Shown here one piece after another: positions 1 through 13,998 of a DNA stretch of 64,000 nucleotides. Both the position numbers and the translations under genes were made by a program. Below the pieces are notes generated by a model. That model saw only the letters and a list, made by a program, of their open reading frames with translations. It was not told the origin of the DNA and made no database searches. Source of the DNA: Isurus oxyrinchus. Taxonomy: Eukaryota. The stretch spans positions 930,001-994,000 of the forward strand of contig JANJGN010000088.1 in assembly GCA_026770705.1 (NCBI GenBank), read 5' to 3'. The stretch's first letter is position 1. Every line of letters begins with the position of its first letter.

Positions 1-270
1 GTATTGACCAAAGAAGCAATGGCAAAATGACAGCAAACTTTTTAAAGCAGCGAGTGGTTAGGATCTGGAGTGCACTGCCTGAGAGTGTGGTGGAGGCAGA
101 TTCAGTTGTGACTTTTCAAAGCAAATCAGATAATTATGTGAAGTGGGAAAACTTACACAGCTGTGGGCAAATGGCAGGGGAGTGACACTGTGTGAATTGC
201 CCTTGCAAAGAGCCAGCATTGACACAAGTGGCCAAATGGACTCTTCTGTTCTGTCACCATTCTGTGATTT
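1..270 (+). mobile_element. CR1-type LINE 3' fragment
   Basis: 'tggagtgcactgcctgagagtgtggtggaggcag' resembles the CR1 3' end; ends in attctgtgatt. Confidence 0.6.
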
Positions 271-659
271 CATAAATAGGACTGGGAATCTGTTCCAGTG
301 TCTGGTTCTCAGATTTATTCCTCAAATATCTCATCCTTGAGAATATTCCCCGATTGACACTACTTGGGGGATTCCCACATGCACTGGACTGGACTCACCT
401 CCAACAACCACAACCATCTCCAACTAATGGAGAGTCTTCCCCCTAATTCCTATTGATGTCAATTTTGCTTGGACTGCTTGATGCCACCTCAGTAAAATGC
501 TGCCTTGATGTAATATTTCCCCAATCTTAGTTCCTTGGTGTATTCCCCCCAAAGTTTGGATGGTGAGAATTTCCTCATACATGGGATGGGAAATTCCACC
601 ACCGCACCCCCAATATCTATTCCTGAGGAGTATTTTCCACCTATTTGTCTTTGGAAGAT

Positions 660-1200
660 TTTTTTCTTATTTATTCGTTCACGGGATGTGGGCATCGCTG
701 GCTAGGTCAGCATTTTATTGCCCATCCCTAAATTCCCCTTGAGAAGGTGGTGGTGAGCTTCCTTTTCGAACCGCTGCAGTCGATGTGGTGTAGGTTACAC
801 CCACAGTGCTGTTAGGAAGGGAGTTCCAGGATTTTGATCCAGCGACAGTACAGGAACGATGATGTAGTTCCAAGTCAGGATGGGGTGCGGCTTGGAGGGG
901 AACGGCAGGTGATGGTGTGCCCATGCATCTGTGCCCTTGTCCTTCTTGGTAGTAGAGGTCATGGATTTGTCGAAGGAGCCAAGATGAGTTGCAAGGTGCA
1001 TCTTGTGCATAGCACACTCTCCTGCCACTGTGTGTTAGTGGTGGAGACAATGAATGCGAAGGTGGGGGATGGGATGCCAATGAAGCAGACTCCTTTGTGC
1101 TGCTTCTTGAGTGTTTTTGGAGCTGCACTTTTCCTGGCAAATGGAGAGTATTCAATCACATTCCTGCCTTGTGCCTTGTAGATGGTGGACAGGCTTTGGG
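660..1200 (-). mobile_element. 3' fragment of a second LINE family
   Basis: Reverse complement of the 3' end seen at 39250-40300 and 47700-48220. Confidence 0.7.
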
Positions 1201-1209
1201 GAGATAAGC

Positions 1210-3260
1210 TACTCACTGGAGATAGTTACTGTTCTCTGCAGCCGTGACAGGAAGCTCTGGAGTTGTTGCCTACCCAGTGCCAGAGTTAAGGACATCACCT
1301 TGTGTCTGGAGAGGGACTTGGAGCCAGTGGGGGAGCATCCAATTGTCATGGACCCTGTGGGAACCAATGACATAGGTCGAACCAAGAATGATATTCTGCT
1401 CAGAGAATTTGAGGAGTTAGAATCCAACCTAAAATGCAGAACATGAAAGGTAATCATTTCTGGATTGTTACCTGAGCCACATGCCAATTGTCCTTGAGTT
1501 AAACAGATTAGAGAATTAAACTCTTGGCTGAAAGAGTGGTGTGGGAAGAAGGGATTTTGATTCATGGGGCACTGGGAGCAGTACTCTGGGAAGAGTGAGC
1601 GACTCCATTGGGATGGGCTCCACTAGAGTTGGGCTGGAGCTAGGACTGTGGACAGGGATGGGAGGGGTCAGATGAAGGGGGATTTAGAAACCCAAAGAGA
1701 AAGACAACTGTATAGTGATGTGGGTAAAGACAATCAGAGTGGGACAGGAAGGACAAAGATTTTAACCAAAAAATGTTCACTAGCAAATAAGGTCATTGTA
1801 AGGAATAAAAGTAACAAAATGAAATTAGAGTTTCTTCATATGAATGCACAAAGCACCTGCAACATGGTAGATGAATTAGTGGCACAAATGGAGGTAAATC
1901 ATTTAGATCTAATTTCCATTACAGAAACGTGGGGAGAATTTTCTCCCTGTCGGGTGGGCCAGTCGGGAGTGGGTGCCCGTGATTGGCTGCGCGCAGCCAT
2001 TTTATGTGGGCAGGCCAATTAAGGCCCGCCCAGCGTTATGCACACCCAGTAGCACTCAGCACTACCTGTGCGGGCGAGGGGAGGAGGGAGAGTCAGGGCC
2101 CGCGCTCTTTCATGCATGCGCGCGAAAGTGCGCCAAAATCTCCCTGAGGCACAGAGCTGCCCCGGGGAGATTAAGCTCAGCCTCAAAGTTTAAAATAAAG
2201 AAGGTTAAAAATCATTTACACTTGTCCCCTCATGTGGCAGGGTCACATGAGCTGGGACATGTTTATGAAATGTTTTCAAAATATTTATTATTTTCATAAA
2301 CCCTTCATTAAATCTCATCCCGCCCGTGGATGAGGTTTCATGAAAAACACAAAGGCTGGCTGGGCTCTTCACCTGCCCAGCAACCTTATGGCTTGACGGG
2401 CAGCCCTGTCAAATTGGTTAAGTGGTTAATTAATGACCTTAATAGGCCTTTGACAGTTCAGCGGGCGCGCAGTTGGCTCTGGTGCGCGCCCACCGAACGC
2501 AAGATCGGGAGGATGAACAGTGATGTCAGGACGCACTCGCGACATCACCGTGCGTCATTTTACCTGTCAGCATGCAGGGCCCGCCTCAGCACGCTGAACA
2601 GGTAATGCTGCCCATGGTTGCAGGTGGTCAAGGTCGGGAAATAAATATTTCAGAAAGACGGACAGGGTTGAAAAGGAGGTGGGGTAACCCTTACAGCAAA
2701 GAATGACATAAGGACATAAGTGAGAAAGGATCTGGCCCCTGAAGGTCATGAAGTTGAATCAGTATGGGTGGAAATTAAGAATTGCAAGAGTCAGAAAACA
2801 CCATTGGCAGTAGTTTATAGGCAACCTAACAGCAGTTATACCATTGGGCAGAGCATTAAACAAGGAATTACTGGCGCCTGTATCAAAGGAAATGTCATAA
2901 TTGTGGGGGACTTGAAGCTTCATATAGACTCGGAGAATCAATTTGGCAAGAATGGTCCAGAAGATGAGTTTGTAGAATGCTTTCGTGACAGTCCCTTGGA
3001 GAATTACATAGTGGAACCAACTAGGGGTAAAGCTATCGTGAATCTAGTATTGTGTAATGAAGCAGGGTTAATTAGTAATGACCTCGACAAAGGCCCATTG
3101 GGAAATAGTGACCATAACACACTCAAAACACACTCAACTCTATGTTCAGTTTGAAAGTGACATTTTCCAATCACAAATAAAAATCTTAAACTCAAACAAA
3201 ACAAGTTACATAGGTATGAGCAGAGACTTGGTTAAGGTTAATTGTGTGAATAGACTAGAG
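1210..3260 (+). mobile_element. Decayed CR1 LINE (ORF1 SGNH/esterase-like part and ORF2 endonuclease), interrupted by a MITE
   Basis: CLPSARVKD...VGTNDIG; MNAQS...ITETW; ESVWVEI...VVYRQPNS...IIVGD; frameshifts and stops. Confidence 0.8.
1932..2613. mobile_element. Non-autonomous DNA transposon/MITE (PIF/Harbinger-like)
   Basis: GC-rich insert with GGG...CCC ends and an imperfect 3-bp target duplication (GTG/ATG), splitting the CR1 codons for TETWLQ. Confidence 0.6.
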
Positions 3261-3269
3261 GTGGCGGAA

Positions 3270-4770
3270 CAGTGGTATTCAGTGGGGAGGGAGTTGGCCA
3301 GGGAGTCCTCAACTTCAGCGCTAGACCCCAAGAAGTCTCATGGCATCAAGTCAAAGATTGGCAAGGAAACCTGCTGATTACCACATACTGCACCCCCTCC
3401 TCCCTACCCCACCTCAGCTGATGAATCAGTATTTCTCCATGTTGAATACCAGTTGGAAGAAGCACTGAGAGTGGAGTGGGCACAGAATGAACACTGGTTG
3501 GGGGACTTCAATGTCCACCTCCAAGAATGGTTAGATATCACCACAACTGATCAGCAGACCGAATCCTAAAGGACATAGCTGCTAGACTGGGCCTGTGTCA
3601 GACAGTGAAGAAAGCAACAAGAGGGAAAAACCTATTTGACCTCATTCTAACCAATCTACCTGTCACAGGTACATCTGTTCATGACAGTATTGGTCAGAGT
3701 GACTGCCGCACAGAGTGACTGTTGTGGAGAAGCCCCATCTTCACATTCAGGATACTTTCCATCCTATATTGTGTGGCACCACTACCAGGCTAAAGGGGAT
3801 AGATTTCAAACAGATCTAGCATCTTAAAACTGGGCATCCAGAAGGTACTGTGGACCATCAGCAGCAGCAGAACTGCTCAGAACCACAATCTGTAACCTCC
3901 TGGTCCGGCATATCCCCACTTGACCATTACCATCAAGTTGGGGAATCGACCCTGGTTCAATGAAGAGTTCAGGAGTGCATACCAGGAGCAGCACCAGGCA
4001 TAACTAAAAATGAGGTGACAAATCAGGACGATGTGCATATCAAACAGTTAAACAGCAAGTGGCAGACAGCGCTAAGCAATCCCACAACCAAAGGATCAGA
4101 TCTAAGCTCTGCAGTCCTGCCACATCCAGTCATGAATCGTGGTGGACAACTAAACAACTAACAGGAGGAGGAGGCTCCACAAATATTCCCTCCTCAATGA
4201 TGGGGGAGCCCAGCACCTCAGTACAAAAGATAAGGCTGAAGGACTTGCTGCAATCTTCAGCCATAAGTGCCGAGTTGATGATCCATCTCTGCCTCTTCCT
4301 GAGGCCTCCAGCATCACAGATGGCAGTCTTTAGCCAATTCAATTCACTCCATGTGTCATCAACTAAAGGCAGGAGTCATAGGAGGCATATGATACTGCAA
4401 AAGTTGTGGGCCCTGACAATATTCCAGCAATAATACTGAAGACCTGTGTTCCAGAACTAGCTGCATCCTTAGCCAAGCTATTCCAGTACATCTACAACAC
4501 TGGCATCCACCCAGAAATATGCAAAATTGCCCAGGTATACTCTGTCCTTAAAGCAGAACAAATCCAATTGGCCAGTTGCCGCACCATCAGTCTACTTTCG
4601 ATTATCAGCAATTTGTCGGAAGGGGTTATCGACATTGCTATCAAGCAGCACTTACTCAGCATTAACCTGCTTGATGACACTCAGTTTGGGTTCTGCCAGG
4701 GCCACACATCTCCTTGCCTCATTACAGCCTTGGCCCAAACATGGACATAAGAACTGAATTCAGGAGGTGA
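3270..4770 (+). mobile_element. Decayed LINE ORF2, second family (endonuclease-RT)
   Basis: GPDNIPAIILKTCVPELA...ISLLSIIS...QFGF motifs, disrupted. Confidence 0.8.
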
Positions 4771-4809
4771 ATCTCTCTGTTGGCAATGGTCATTGCCTGT
4801 CACTACAAT

Positions 4810-7800
4810 GGTACGAAATATTGGGGGGGAGGGTTCAGTTGCATGGAAATATAAAAAAATCAAAGTTTAAGGAGAGGGTAAGGGTGCAGGTTAGTGACGA
4901 GGCTGATTATTACCACAAAGTGAAAGGTAGGGACAGAGTATGTGAACACCATATTGCACTGAAGAATTATATAAGAGTAGGGAAAGTTCACAATCGGGCA
5001 AATTTAAAGGCTTTGTATCTGAATGCGTGTAGCATTCGGAATAAAACTAATGGGTTAACAGTGCAAATAGAGATAACTAGGTATGATTTGGTGGCGATTA
5101 CTGTGACGTGGTTATAGGGAGATCAGGCTTGGGAGTTGAATATCCAAGGGTACTCAGTGTTTCGGAAGGATTGGCTGGAAGGAAAAGGAGGTGGTGTAGC
5201 TTTGTTAGGAAAGGAAGAGATCAGTGCTATCGTGAGGAATGATATAGGCACTGAAGAGTAAGACGTAGAGTCAGTTTGGATAGAAATAAGAAATAGCAAG
5301 GGAACGAAGTCCCTGGTGGGAGTTATCTATAGGTCCCCAAACAGTAGTTCAGCAGTAGGGCACTGTATAAACCAGGAAATACTGGGAGCATGTAAGAAAG
5401 GCAAGGCAATAATCATGGGTAATTTTAATATGCATATAGACTGGACTAATCAAATTGGCAAGGGTAGCCTTGAGGGAGAGTTCATAGAGTGTATTAGAGT
5501 TTGTTACTTGGAACAATATGGAACCAACTAGGGAGCAGGCTATTCTGGATTTGGTTTTGTGTTATAAGATGGGATTAATTAATGATCACATAGTAAAGGA
5601 TCCTCTAGGGATGAGTGATCATAGCATGCTGGAATTTCAAGTTCATTTTGAGAGTGAGAAATGTGAGTCCCACACTCGTGTTCTCGAGTTAAACATAGGT
5701 AACTGCATAGGCATGAGGGCAGATTTGCCCCTAGTGGACTGGGCACGAGGACTGCAAGGTAGGATAGTTGATGAACAGTGACAGATATTTAAGGAGATAT
5801 TATGTTCCTCCCAAGTAAAATATATTCCAAAGAGCAATAAAGATGGTAAGAGGAGGAAAAAGCATCCATTGCTAAGCAAGGAAGATAAAGATAACATTGA
5901 GCTTAAAACTAAGGCATACTAAATTGCAAAATCAGTGGCAGGCTGGAAGATTGGGAAACTTTTAAAGATCAACAAAGGGTTACTAAAAAAAATTAAAAAG
6001 AGCAAAGGTAAATTATGAAAGAAAACTAGCGCAAAATGTAAAAACTGATAGCAAAAGCTTCTACAAGCATGTAAAAGAAAAGAGAGTAGCTAAAGTGAAT
6101 GTTGGTCCCTTGGAGGATGAGACTGGGGAGTTAATAGTGGGGAATGCAGAAAGGGCAGAGACGCTGAATCAATATTTTGCCTCAGTTTTCACGGTGGAGG
6201 ACACTAGTACCACCCTAATAGTAACAGGTAGTGCAGAGGGTATAGAGAAGGAGGTACTGAGAACAATCACCATCACTAGAGAAAAAATACTGAGAAAACT
6301 ATTGGAATTAAAGGTTGAGAAGTCCCCAGGAGCTGATGGCCTACATCCCAGGGTCTTAAAGGAAGTGGCAGCAGAGATAGTGGATGCACTGGCTATAGTA
6401 TTTCAAAGTTGCCTGGATTCTGGAAATGTTCCAGTGGGTTGGAAAAATCCAATATAATGCCCTTACTCAAAAAGTGGGGGAGGCAGAAAGTAGGAAACTC
6501 TAGACCAGTTAGTTTAACGTCTGCCGTTGGGCAATTGTTGGAATCCATTTTTTAGGAAGTAGTAATGGGGCATTTGGAAAGTCAAAATGCAATCCATCAG
6601 AGTCAGCATGGATTTATGAAGAGTAAATTATATTTGACTAATTTTCTAGAATTCTTTGAAGATGTGACAAGCAAAGTGGATAATGGGGATCCTATAGATG
6701 TAACATACCTGGACTTCCAGTAGGCCTTTGATTAGGTGCCGCACAAATAATTAACACGCAAGGTAAGATCAAACGGGAGTTAGGGGGTAATATATTAGCT
6801 TGGATAGAGGACTGGCTAACCAACAGAAAGCAGAGAGTCGGGATAAATGGGTCTTTTTCTGGATGGCAAGCTGTAACTAGTGAGGTGTCACAGGGTTCGG
6901 TCCTTGGGCACTAACTATTTACAATCTATATTAATGATTTAGATTCAGGGATAGAAGGTACTATAGCTAAATTTGGAGATGACACCAAAATAGGTGGGAA
7001 AGTAAGTTGCAATGAAGAAATAAGAAACTTGCAAATGGATATGGGCAGTTTAGGTGAATGGGCCAAAATTTGGCAGATGGAGTTATTCATTTTGGTTGGA
7101 AGAATAAAAAGGCGACTTATTATTTAGGTGGAGAGAAACTTCAGAATTCTTCAGTGCAGAGGGATCTGGGTGTCCTCGTGCATGAATCGCTGAAAGCTAG
7201 TATGCAGGTACAGCAGGTAATAAGGAAGGCAAATGGAATTGTGGCATTTATTGCTAAAGGAATAGAGTATAAAAATAGGGAAGTGTTGTTGCAACTGTGT
7301 AAGGCATTGGTGAGACCACACTTGGAGTACTGTGCACAGTTTTGGTCCCCTTGCTTGAGGAAGGATGTAGTTGCATTGAAGACGCTTCAGAGGAGGTTCA
7401 CTAGATTGATTCCAGAGATGCGGGACTTATGAGGAGAGATTGAGCAGTTTAGGCCTATACTCGCTAAAGTTTAGAAGGATGAGAGGAGATCTAATTGAGG
7501 TATATAAGATGCTAAAGGGGATAGACAAAGTAGAGGTGGAGCAGATGTTTCCCCTTGTGGGGCATTCTAGAATGAGAGGCCATAGTTTTAGGCTAAGGGG
7601 CGGTAGATTTAAATCAGAGATGAGAAGGAATTACTTTTCTCAAAGGGTCGTGAATCTGTGGAATTCACTACCTCAGAGTGCAGTGGGTGCCGGGCCACTG
7701 AATAAATTTAAGGAGGAGATAGACAGATTCTTAATTAGTTCCGGGTTGAAAGGTTATGGGGAAAGGGCGGGAAATTGGAGTTGAGGCCAAAATTAGATCA

Positions 7801-7880
7801 GCCATGATTGTGTTGAATGGTGGGGCAGGCTCGAGGGGTTGAATTGCCTACTCCTGCTCCTAGTTCTTATATTCTTATGT
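4810..7880 (+). mobile_element. Near full-length decayed CR1 ORF2 and 3' UTR
   Basis: LYLNACSIRNK, KSPGADGLHPRVLKE, LVRPHLEYCAQFWSP and QRVVNLWNSLP in broken frames. Confidence 0.9.
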
Positions 7881-10254
7881 TGTTGGATGCACTTTCCCAT
7901 TCTTTGTGCCGGAGGAGACTCCCTCATATATGGGACTGGAAAGCAGCACACTCCTGTTCCTGGAGTCAATTCCACCTACAAATGTGCTTTAGCAAAAGTT
8001 TGCTCCCATATGGGACTGGGACCCTCCCACCTTCTCTGCACCTGGTGTGTAATTCTCCCATTATAGTTTCCTGGGTATATTCCCCCAGTGTCTGTTCGTG
8101 GGATGTATTCCCCTTATGACGATACCGACTGAGTATTCCTGCAATTTCTGCGACTTAGCACCTCCCCTAATTCTGGCCGGAGGATGTATTTCCCTCAGTG
8201 ACTGCACTGTGACCATGTTGCAACCCCAATGGATGGTCGTGTGCTCTGCCTATGATTGTATGAGGGATTCCCTCATAGAAGTAACTAGGAATCTCCCTCA
8301 ATATCTGTTTCTGGTAGTAGTGTCCAATGCCTGTTTCTGTATTTACGAAATGACTGCACCGGGGAGAGTTCCCTCTTACAAGGGTCTCCGGTTTCACCCC
8401 CCGACCTTACCCCAATATCTTGGCCTGAGGTTTATTTGACCAAAATGAATGTGACTGAGGGAGAAAACACTGGGAGAATGGTTAATCTCCTCCAATATCT
8501 GGTCCTTGGGTATATTCTCCTAATATCTACCTCTTATGCATATATCCAAATGAATGCGCTTGGTGAGGAATTCTCTCACACATCAGACTGAGAGTCTCTT
8601 TCAATATTTGGGCTGGATTTGTATTTCCCCAATATCTGATCCTGGGCTGTAATCGTCTGATGAATGTAATCAGGGAAATTCCCACATACGTGTGACTGGG
8701 TTTCTTGCCCCCAATTTCAGGTCCTGGGTTGTATTGCCCAATGACTGTACTTGGGTGTTCTGTTATATGTGGGTCTGAAAATCTCCTCCAATATTTGGTC
8801 CTAAGTTCCAATTCCCCAATATTTGGTCCTTAGGTGGATGCCCCCACTGTTTGTACTGGGCGGATTCCCTCATAGCTGTGACTGAGAATCTTCCCCTATA
8901 TACTTTCCACAGGTACGAGCCCACACTCTTTGTCCTGAGGAATCTCTTTTACAGGGTACTGAAAATCTCCCCCTAATGTCTGGTCTTGAGGTGCATTTCC
9001 CCAAAAAGACATTTGACTCATTCACAGAACTGAGAATTCCCAACCTTCCCGACAACCTATGGCTCTTGGGTGCACTCCCCACTTCTTTGTACTTGTGGGA
9101 TTTCCTTGCTCATGGATCTGGGATCCCTTCCTCCACCTTACCTGTTTCTGGGGCCTCCTCCCCACTCCCCACCCCCCCCGCCCCCTCCCCCAGCCCCGGC
9201 CACCCCTCCACTCCCCCCCCCACCCCCCACCCAGTGAACAAGCTTGGCAGGAAATTAGTTCATGCATTTTTCTGAAAATTTCCCCAATATCTGGACCTGG
9301 GTTGCATTCTCTAATATCTGTCCCCACTGTGGTTCAGTCTCATAATATCAGTTTGCTGGAGGATATTCCCCCTATGACATACAGGTGGGCTATTTGCATA
9401 CTCTTTGTGGTCTGGTGATCCCAACACACCACCCCCCCCACCACCCCAAATATTTGGCCTTAAGGTGTCTCTGTGACTCGTGTCTAGCCCTTGGGTTTAT
9501 TCACCCAGTATCTGGTCTTGAGCTGTATTTCCCCATTGACTATCTGGGGGAATTTCCTCATACATGGGGCTGGCAATTTCCCTCAATATCAGGTCCAGGG
9601 ATGTTCTCCATCCATGACCATATGGGGGAAAGCTATTCCCTCATGCATGGGGCTGTGATTATTTTAAGATATCTCTTCCTGGGATGTATCCCTCCAATAC
9701 CTGATCCTGGAATTTTCTTCCCAATGGCCCTACTAGGGGGATTCCATCATGCATGTTGCCCATCACTAATTAGCCTTGAATGTGGCTTGCTAGGCCATTT
9801 CAGAGAGCAGCTAAGAGCCAACCACATTGCTGTAGGTCTGGAGTCTGATGTAGACCAGACCAGGTAAGGACAGCAGATTTCCTTCCCTGAAGGACATCAG
9901 TGAACCAGATGGGTTTTTACAACAATCAATGATAGTTCATGGTCACCATTACTGAGATGAGCTTTGAATCCCTGATTTTATTAATTAATTGAATTTAAAT
10001 ACCACCAGCTGTCGTGGTGGGATTTGAACCCATGTCCCTAGAGCTTTAGTCTGACCCTTGGATTACTAATCCAGTGACTACCACTCTGGCACCATCTCCT
10101 CCTGTTTCCCTAGTGAATGTGATTGGGGGATATTCATTCAGCAGACTGTGAAACTCCTTCAATATCTGGTCTTGGGTGTGTATTCCTCAATAACTAGGAG
10201 ATACATGGGACTGGGAATCAATGTCTGGTTCTGCGGGTGTATTCCCCAGAAACT

Positions 10255-10895
10255 GAGGAATTCACTCATACATGGAGCTGGGAATATACTCCAATATCTG
10301 CCCTTGGGTATATTCCCCAGTAACTGGGGAATTCACTCATACATGGGGCTGGGAATATTCTCCAATATCTGGTCCCTGTTTATATTCCCCAGTAACTGGG
10401 GGTTTCACTCATACATGGAGCTGGGAATATCCTCCAATATCTGCCCTTGGGCATATTCCCCAGTAACTGAGGAATTCACTCATACATGGGGCTGGGAATA
10501 TTCTCCAATATCTGCCCTTGGGCATATTCCCCAGTAACTGGGGGGATTCATTCATATATGGGGCTGGGAATATTCTCCAATATCTGCCCTTGGGTATATT
10601 CCCCAGTAACTGGGGGGATTCACTCATCCATGGGGCTGGGAATATCCTCCAATATCTGGTCCCTGGTTTCATTGCCCAGTAACTGGGGAATTCATTCATA
10701 CATGGAGCTAGGAATATCCTCCAATATCTGGTCCCTGGTTATATTGCCCAGTAACTGGGGGATTCACTCATACAGGGGGCTTGGAATATACTCCAATATC
10801 TGCCCTTTGGTATATTCCCCAGTAACTGGGGGATTCACTCATACATGGGGCTGGGAATAGCCTCCAATATCTGGCCCTCGGTATATTTGCCCAAT
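10255..10895. repeat. Minisatellite, about 70-72 bp unit; degenerate copies also at about 330-650 and 7900-9750
   Basis: Repeated ttcactcatacatggggctgggaatattctccaatatctgcccttgggtatattccccagtaactgggg, about 9 copies. Confidence 0.9.
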
Positions 10896-10967
10896 GAGCA
10901 CACTCAGTCTCCCTCAGTTCTATCCATATCTTCACACAACCACTTATTTCATTTCATGTTTTCATTT

Positions 10968-10973
10968 TTTATT
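10968..10973 (-). terminator. Likely original membrane-form poly(A) signal
   Basis: AATAAA about 425 nt after the TM2b stop, just outside the duplicated unit. Confidence 0.55.
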
Positions 10974-11396
10974 GATTTAATTTCAAAACAAATCTTTAAT
11001 ATCAGTGAAAGCATTTTTGAAAAAGCTGCAGGCAGTAATCTGAACAACATTTGTGTTAAGAATACTTTACACAAAACCCAGAGAATCAGCCCTTCCCTCC
11101 TTCCCAGAGTCAGACTCCCTCCTGACTCCCCCTTCCCTAATCCCCCATTCCCATTTCCCCTGCTCCCTATTCCCGCTCCCCTCTCTCCTTCCAAACTCAC
11201 CCCTCCCATCCCAATTCCCCTTCCCAATCTTCCCCAGTCCATTTGAAGTTTTATCTCCCAGAATGAGCTGTTGCAGTGCAGTAGCTGAGTATTTTCCAGT
11301 GTGCGATGGAAAGCTCCATTCCCAAACATCACAGGGATATTTCTGGACAATTCACATCTTGTATAAGTCTGAATGTGAGCTGCATGTGCCTGCTGG

Positions 11397-11408
11397 TCAC
11401 TGCTGAAT
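11397..11408 (-). CDS. IgW: IgW TM2 exon, copy b (IQQ*)
   Basis: ttttaaag|ATT CAG CAG TGA, paralogous to TM2a. Confidence 0.62.
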   Translation of the reverse strand: MQQ

Positions 11409-12064
11409 CTTTAAAATAAACAGCGGAGTAAGATACATGTGTGTGCCAATCATATATCAGGTGGTATCACCCAAAAAGCCAGGTAGTCTGTCTGTCTGTT
11501 AGGAAATGGACCCCAAATGACAGGGGATTTGTCCTTATTCTGGGGGATGGACCCTAAAGCAAAAGGGGTCTGTCCTTATTCTGGGAGACGAAGCCTGCAA
11601 AATGAATTCTTCTTTGTGCTCCAGACCGTGATTATTGAGGATGCTGTTCTTCAGGGTCACAGTTACTGTCATGTGTTTCCCAAGGTTAAATGTCATGTAA
11701 CCCAACAGAACAAACTGCCCTTGTTCTTGGAGACAGGGGCCTAAAGGACAAGTGGTCTAATTAAATTCTGGGCAGTGGATGCAAAAGGAGAGGTGGTCTG
11801 ACCCTATTCTGGGGCATGGGGCCTTAAGGACAGGTTGTCTGACCCTGTTCAGGGACATGGGCCGAAAGGACAGGGAATCTGACCTTCTGGGGTGAATCAA
11901 GACCCTCAGATCAGGTAAAGAGAAAATCTTCAAGGTGCCAGTGGCTGTGAAAGGTTCCCCACTGCGCTGACCGTCTGCACCCAGTCTGATATCTGGAATC
12001 TCAGAGTCAGATAATAAGATGTAGCAATAAATTGTTGTTCGTTTGATAGTTAAAGTCTGGTTAC

Positions 12065-12207
12065 CTTGACAACAGTAACAAAGGTGCTGTAGAGGAAACT
12101 TAGAATAAACAGAATGGCGAAGGCAGCAACTGTCAGTGCGTTGTCGTCTCTTTCCAAACCTTCCACTTCTTCCTTTCCTTCCTCTCCTATCACATTTGGA
12201 AGGTCAA
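12065..12207 (-). CDS. IgW: IgW TM1 exon, copy b
   Basis: 143 nt, same as TM1a except LEGDD>LERDD. Splice sites intact. Confidence 0.88.
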
Positions 12208-13559
12208 CTGAAACAAAGAGAAATTGGAGCTGATAAAGATGACACTGGGCATTTCATCAAGGTCCACAATGTCTCAGTTTGAAGATAATAGCGAGGGAGG
12301 AGATCACAGCGGAGGAGCACTGGGAGCTGTGAATAATTGAAAAGGTTTCTCTCGTGACCTGTTGCTCCCCGGTCCTGTCTCCCACTTTTGTCTTTGTCTT
12401 TCTCCCTCTCTCACTGCCTTTCCTCTATCCCTCAGAGATTCTGTCTCCTTGTTTCTGCTTCACTGTCACTCTCAGTATCTCTGTCTGTAACACTTACTGT
12501 TTCTCTCAAATGTGCACAAACAAACAACAGATGATGCTAAAACTGTTTCCAAAACCTGTTCTTCGGTCACCCCAGTTGTTTCCCCATTTCTCTATCGTAT
12601 TATCCAATCTACCAGCTCAAACACAAGTTTCCGACTCCTTGGCTCCAAAAACACTCTAATCCGCAAACAAACCATTGATTGTGAAGTGCCCTGAGATTAT
12701 CCCCATCGCCAGGGTGAGATTTTTAATGACTTCAAATATTTATTTCTTTTTGATGCTCTGCTTCTATAACATTTTAATCAATCTAATAGTTCCTGAGGCA
12801 GCATTAAATGAACTTGTGTAGTCACCACGTACAACAACTGATCAATGGCACAAATTCTTGTGAGTGGTGATGTGAGCGAGTGAGACACCAAATGGGATCT
12901 GAAAGTCTGCGATTCATGGATTACTGTGATGTGGTTTTGTGCATCGCAATCTCACCCCTGGATCAGAAAATTGTGGGTTCAAGTTCCACTCCAGATACTT
13001 GAGTGCATAATTCAGGCCGACACTGTGATGCAGGACTGAGAAAGTGCTGCTGTGCAGGAGGTGCCGCCTTTCAAATGAGGCATTAAACGATGGCCCTCAG
13101 GTTGATGTGAACTTGTAAATGGTCCCACAGCACAATTGGAAGAAGAGCAGGGGAGTACTCTGCAATGTTCTGAGCCAGCCAACATTTATCCCTCAACCAA
13201 AACACCTAAAACCAGATGATCTGGTCATTATCACAGTTCGTATGGTGGGAATTACTGTGCGCAAATTGGAACTGGTAAACCAAGAAAGACCAAAGCCATC
13301 CTGATGTTCGGATGATACAAGGATAATGGAGTTGTGCACTAATCATAGCAACCAGTCTCTTATCAATTAGTCCACAATAAACCCAGACAGGAGGCGAGGT
13401 AAGCTCAATGGTTGGAGCATTGGAAACCATAGGTCCAAGGACCCCTGTTCCTCACAAGCATGTTACACTCACCGTACATCATGTTCGAAGATACTCATTT
13501 ACTGTCTCCCGAAACACAACAACAATGAACACTCAAAACTGAAACCTTTTCACATTATG

Positions 13560-13565
13560 TTTATT
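13560..13565 (-). terminator. Poly(A) signal after TM2a (duplicated copy of the secretory poly(A) site)
   Basis: AATAAA in a context matching 17025-17030. Confidence 0.6.
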
Positions 13566-13986
13566 GAAAATGGATCAGTACATTGACATTTTGCCACATA
13601 CGAAACACTTTTGAAAAAGCGGCAGGCAGTAATCTGAACATTTGTTTTGAGAATATTTTGCTCAAGACCCAGTGAATCAGCCCATCCCTCCTTCCCATAT
13701 CCACACTCTCTCCTGATGCCCCCTCCCTGACTCTCCCATTCCCATCTCCCCTGCTCCCCATTTCCACACCCCTCTCACCTTCCTAATGCGTCCCTCCCAT
13801 CCCAATTCCCCTTCCCAATCTTTCCCAGTCTATTTGAAGTTTTATCTCCCAGAATGAGCTGTTGCAGTGCAGTAGCTGAGTATTTTCCAGTGTGCGATGG
13901 AAAGCTTCACTCCCAACATCACAGGGATATCTCTGGACAATTCACATCTTGGATAAGTCTGAATGTGAGCCGCATGTATCTGCTGG

Positions 13987-13998
13987 TCACTGCTGAAC
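13987..13998 (-). CDS. IgW: IgW TM2 exon, copy a (VQQ*)
   Basis: tattacag|GTT CAG CAG TGA, phase 0 matching TM1; gives cytoplasmic KVQQ. Confidence 0.72.
   Translation of the reverse strand, partial: VQQ

Noticed and set aside
4810-7880. Active LINE reverse transcriptase genes (also 35-38 kb and 51-53 kb)
   Set aside because: Multiple stops and frameshifts; decayed copies
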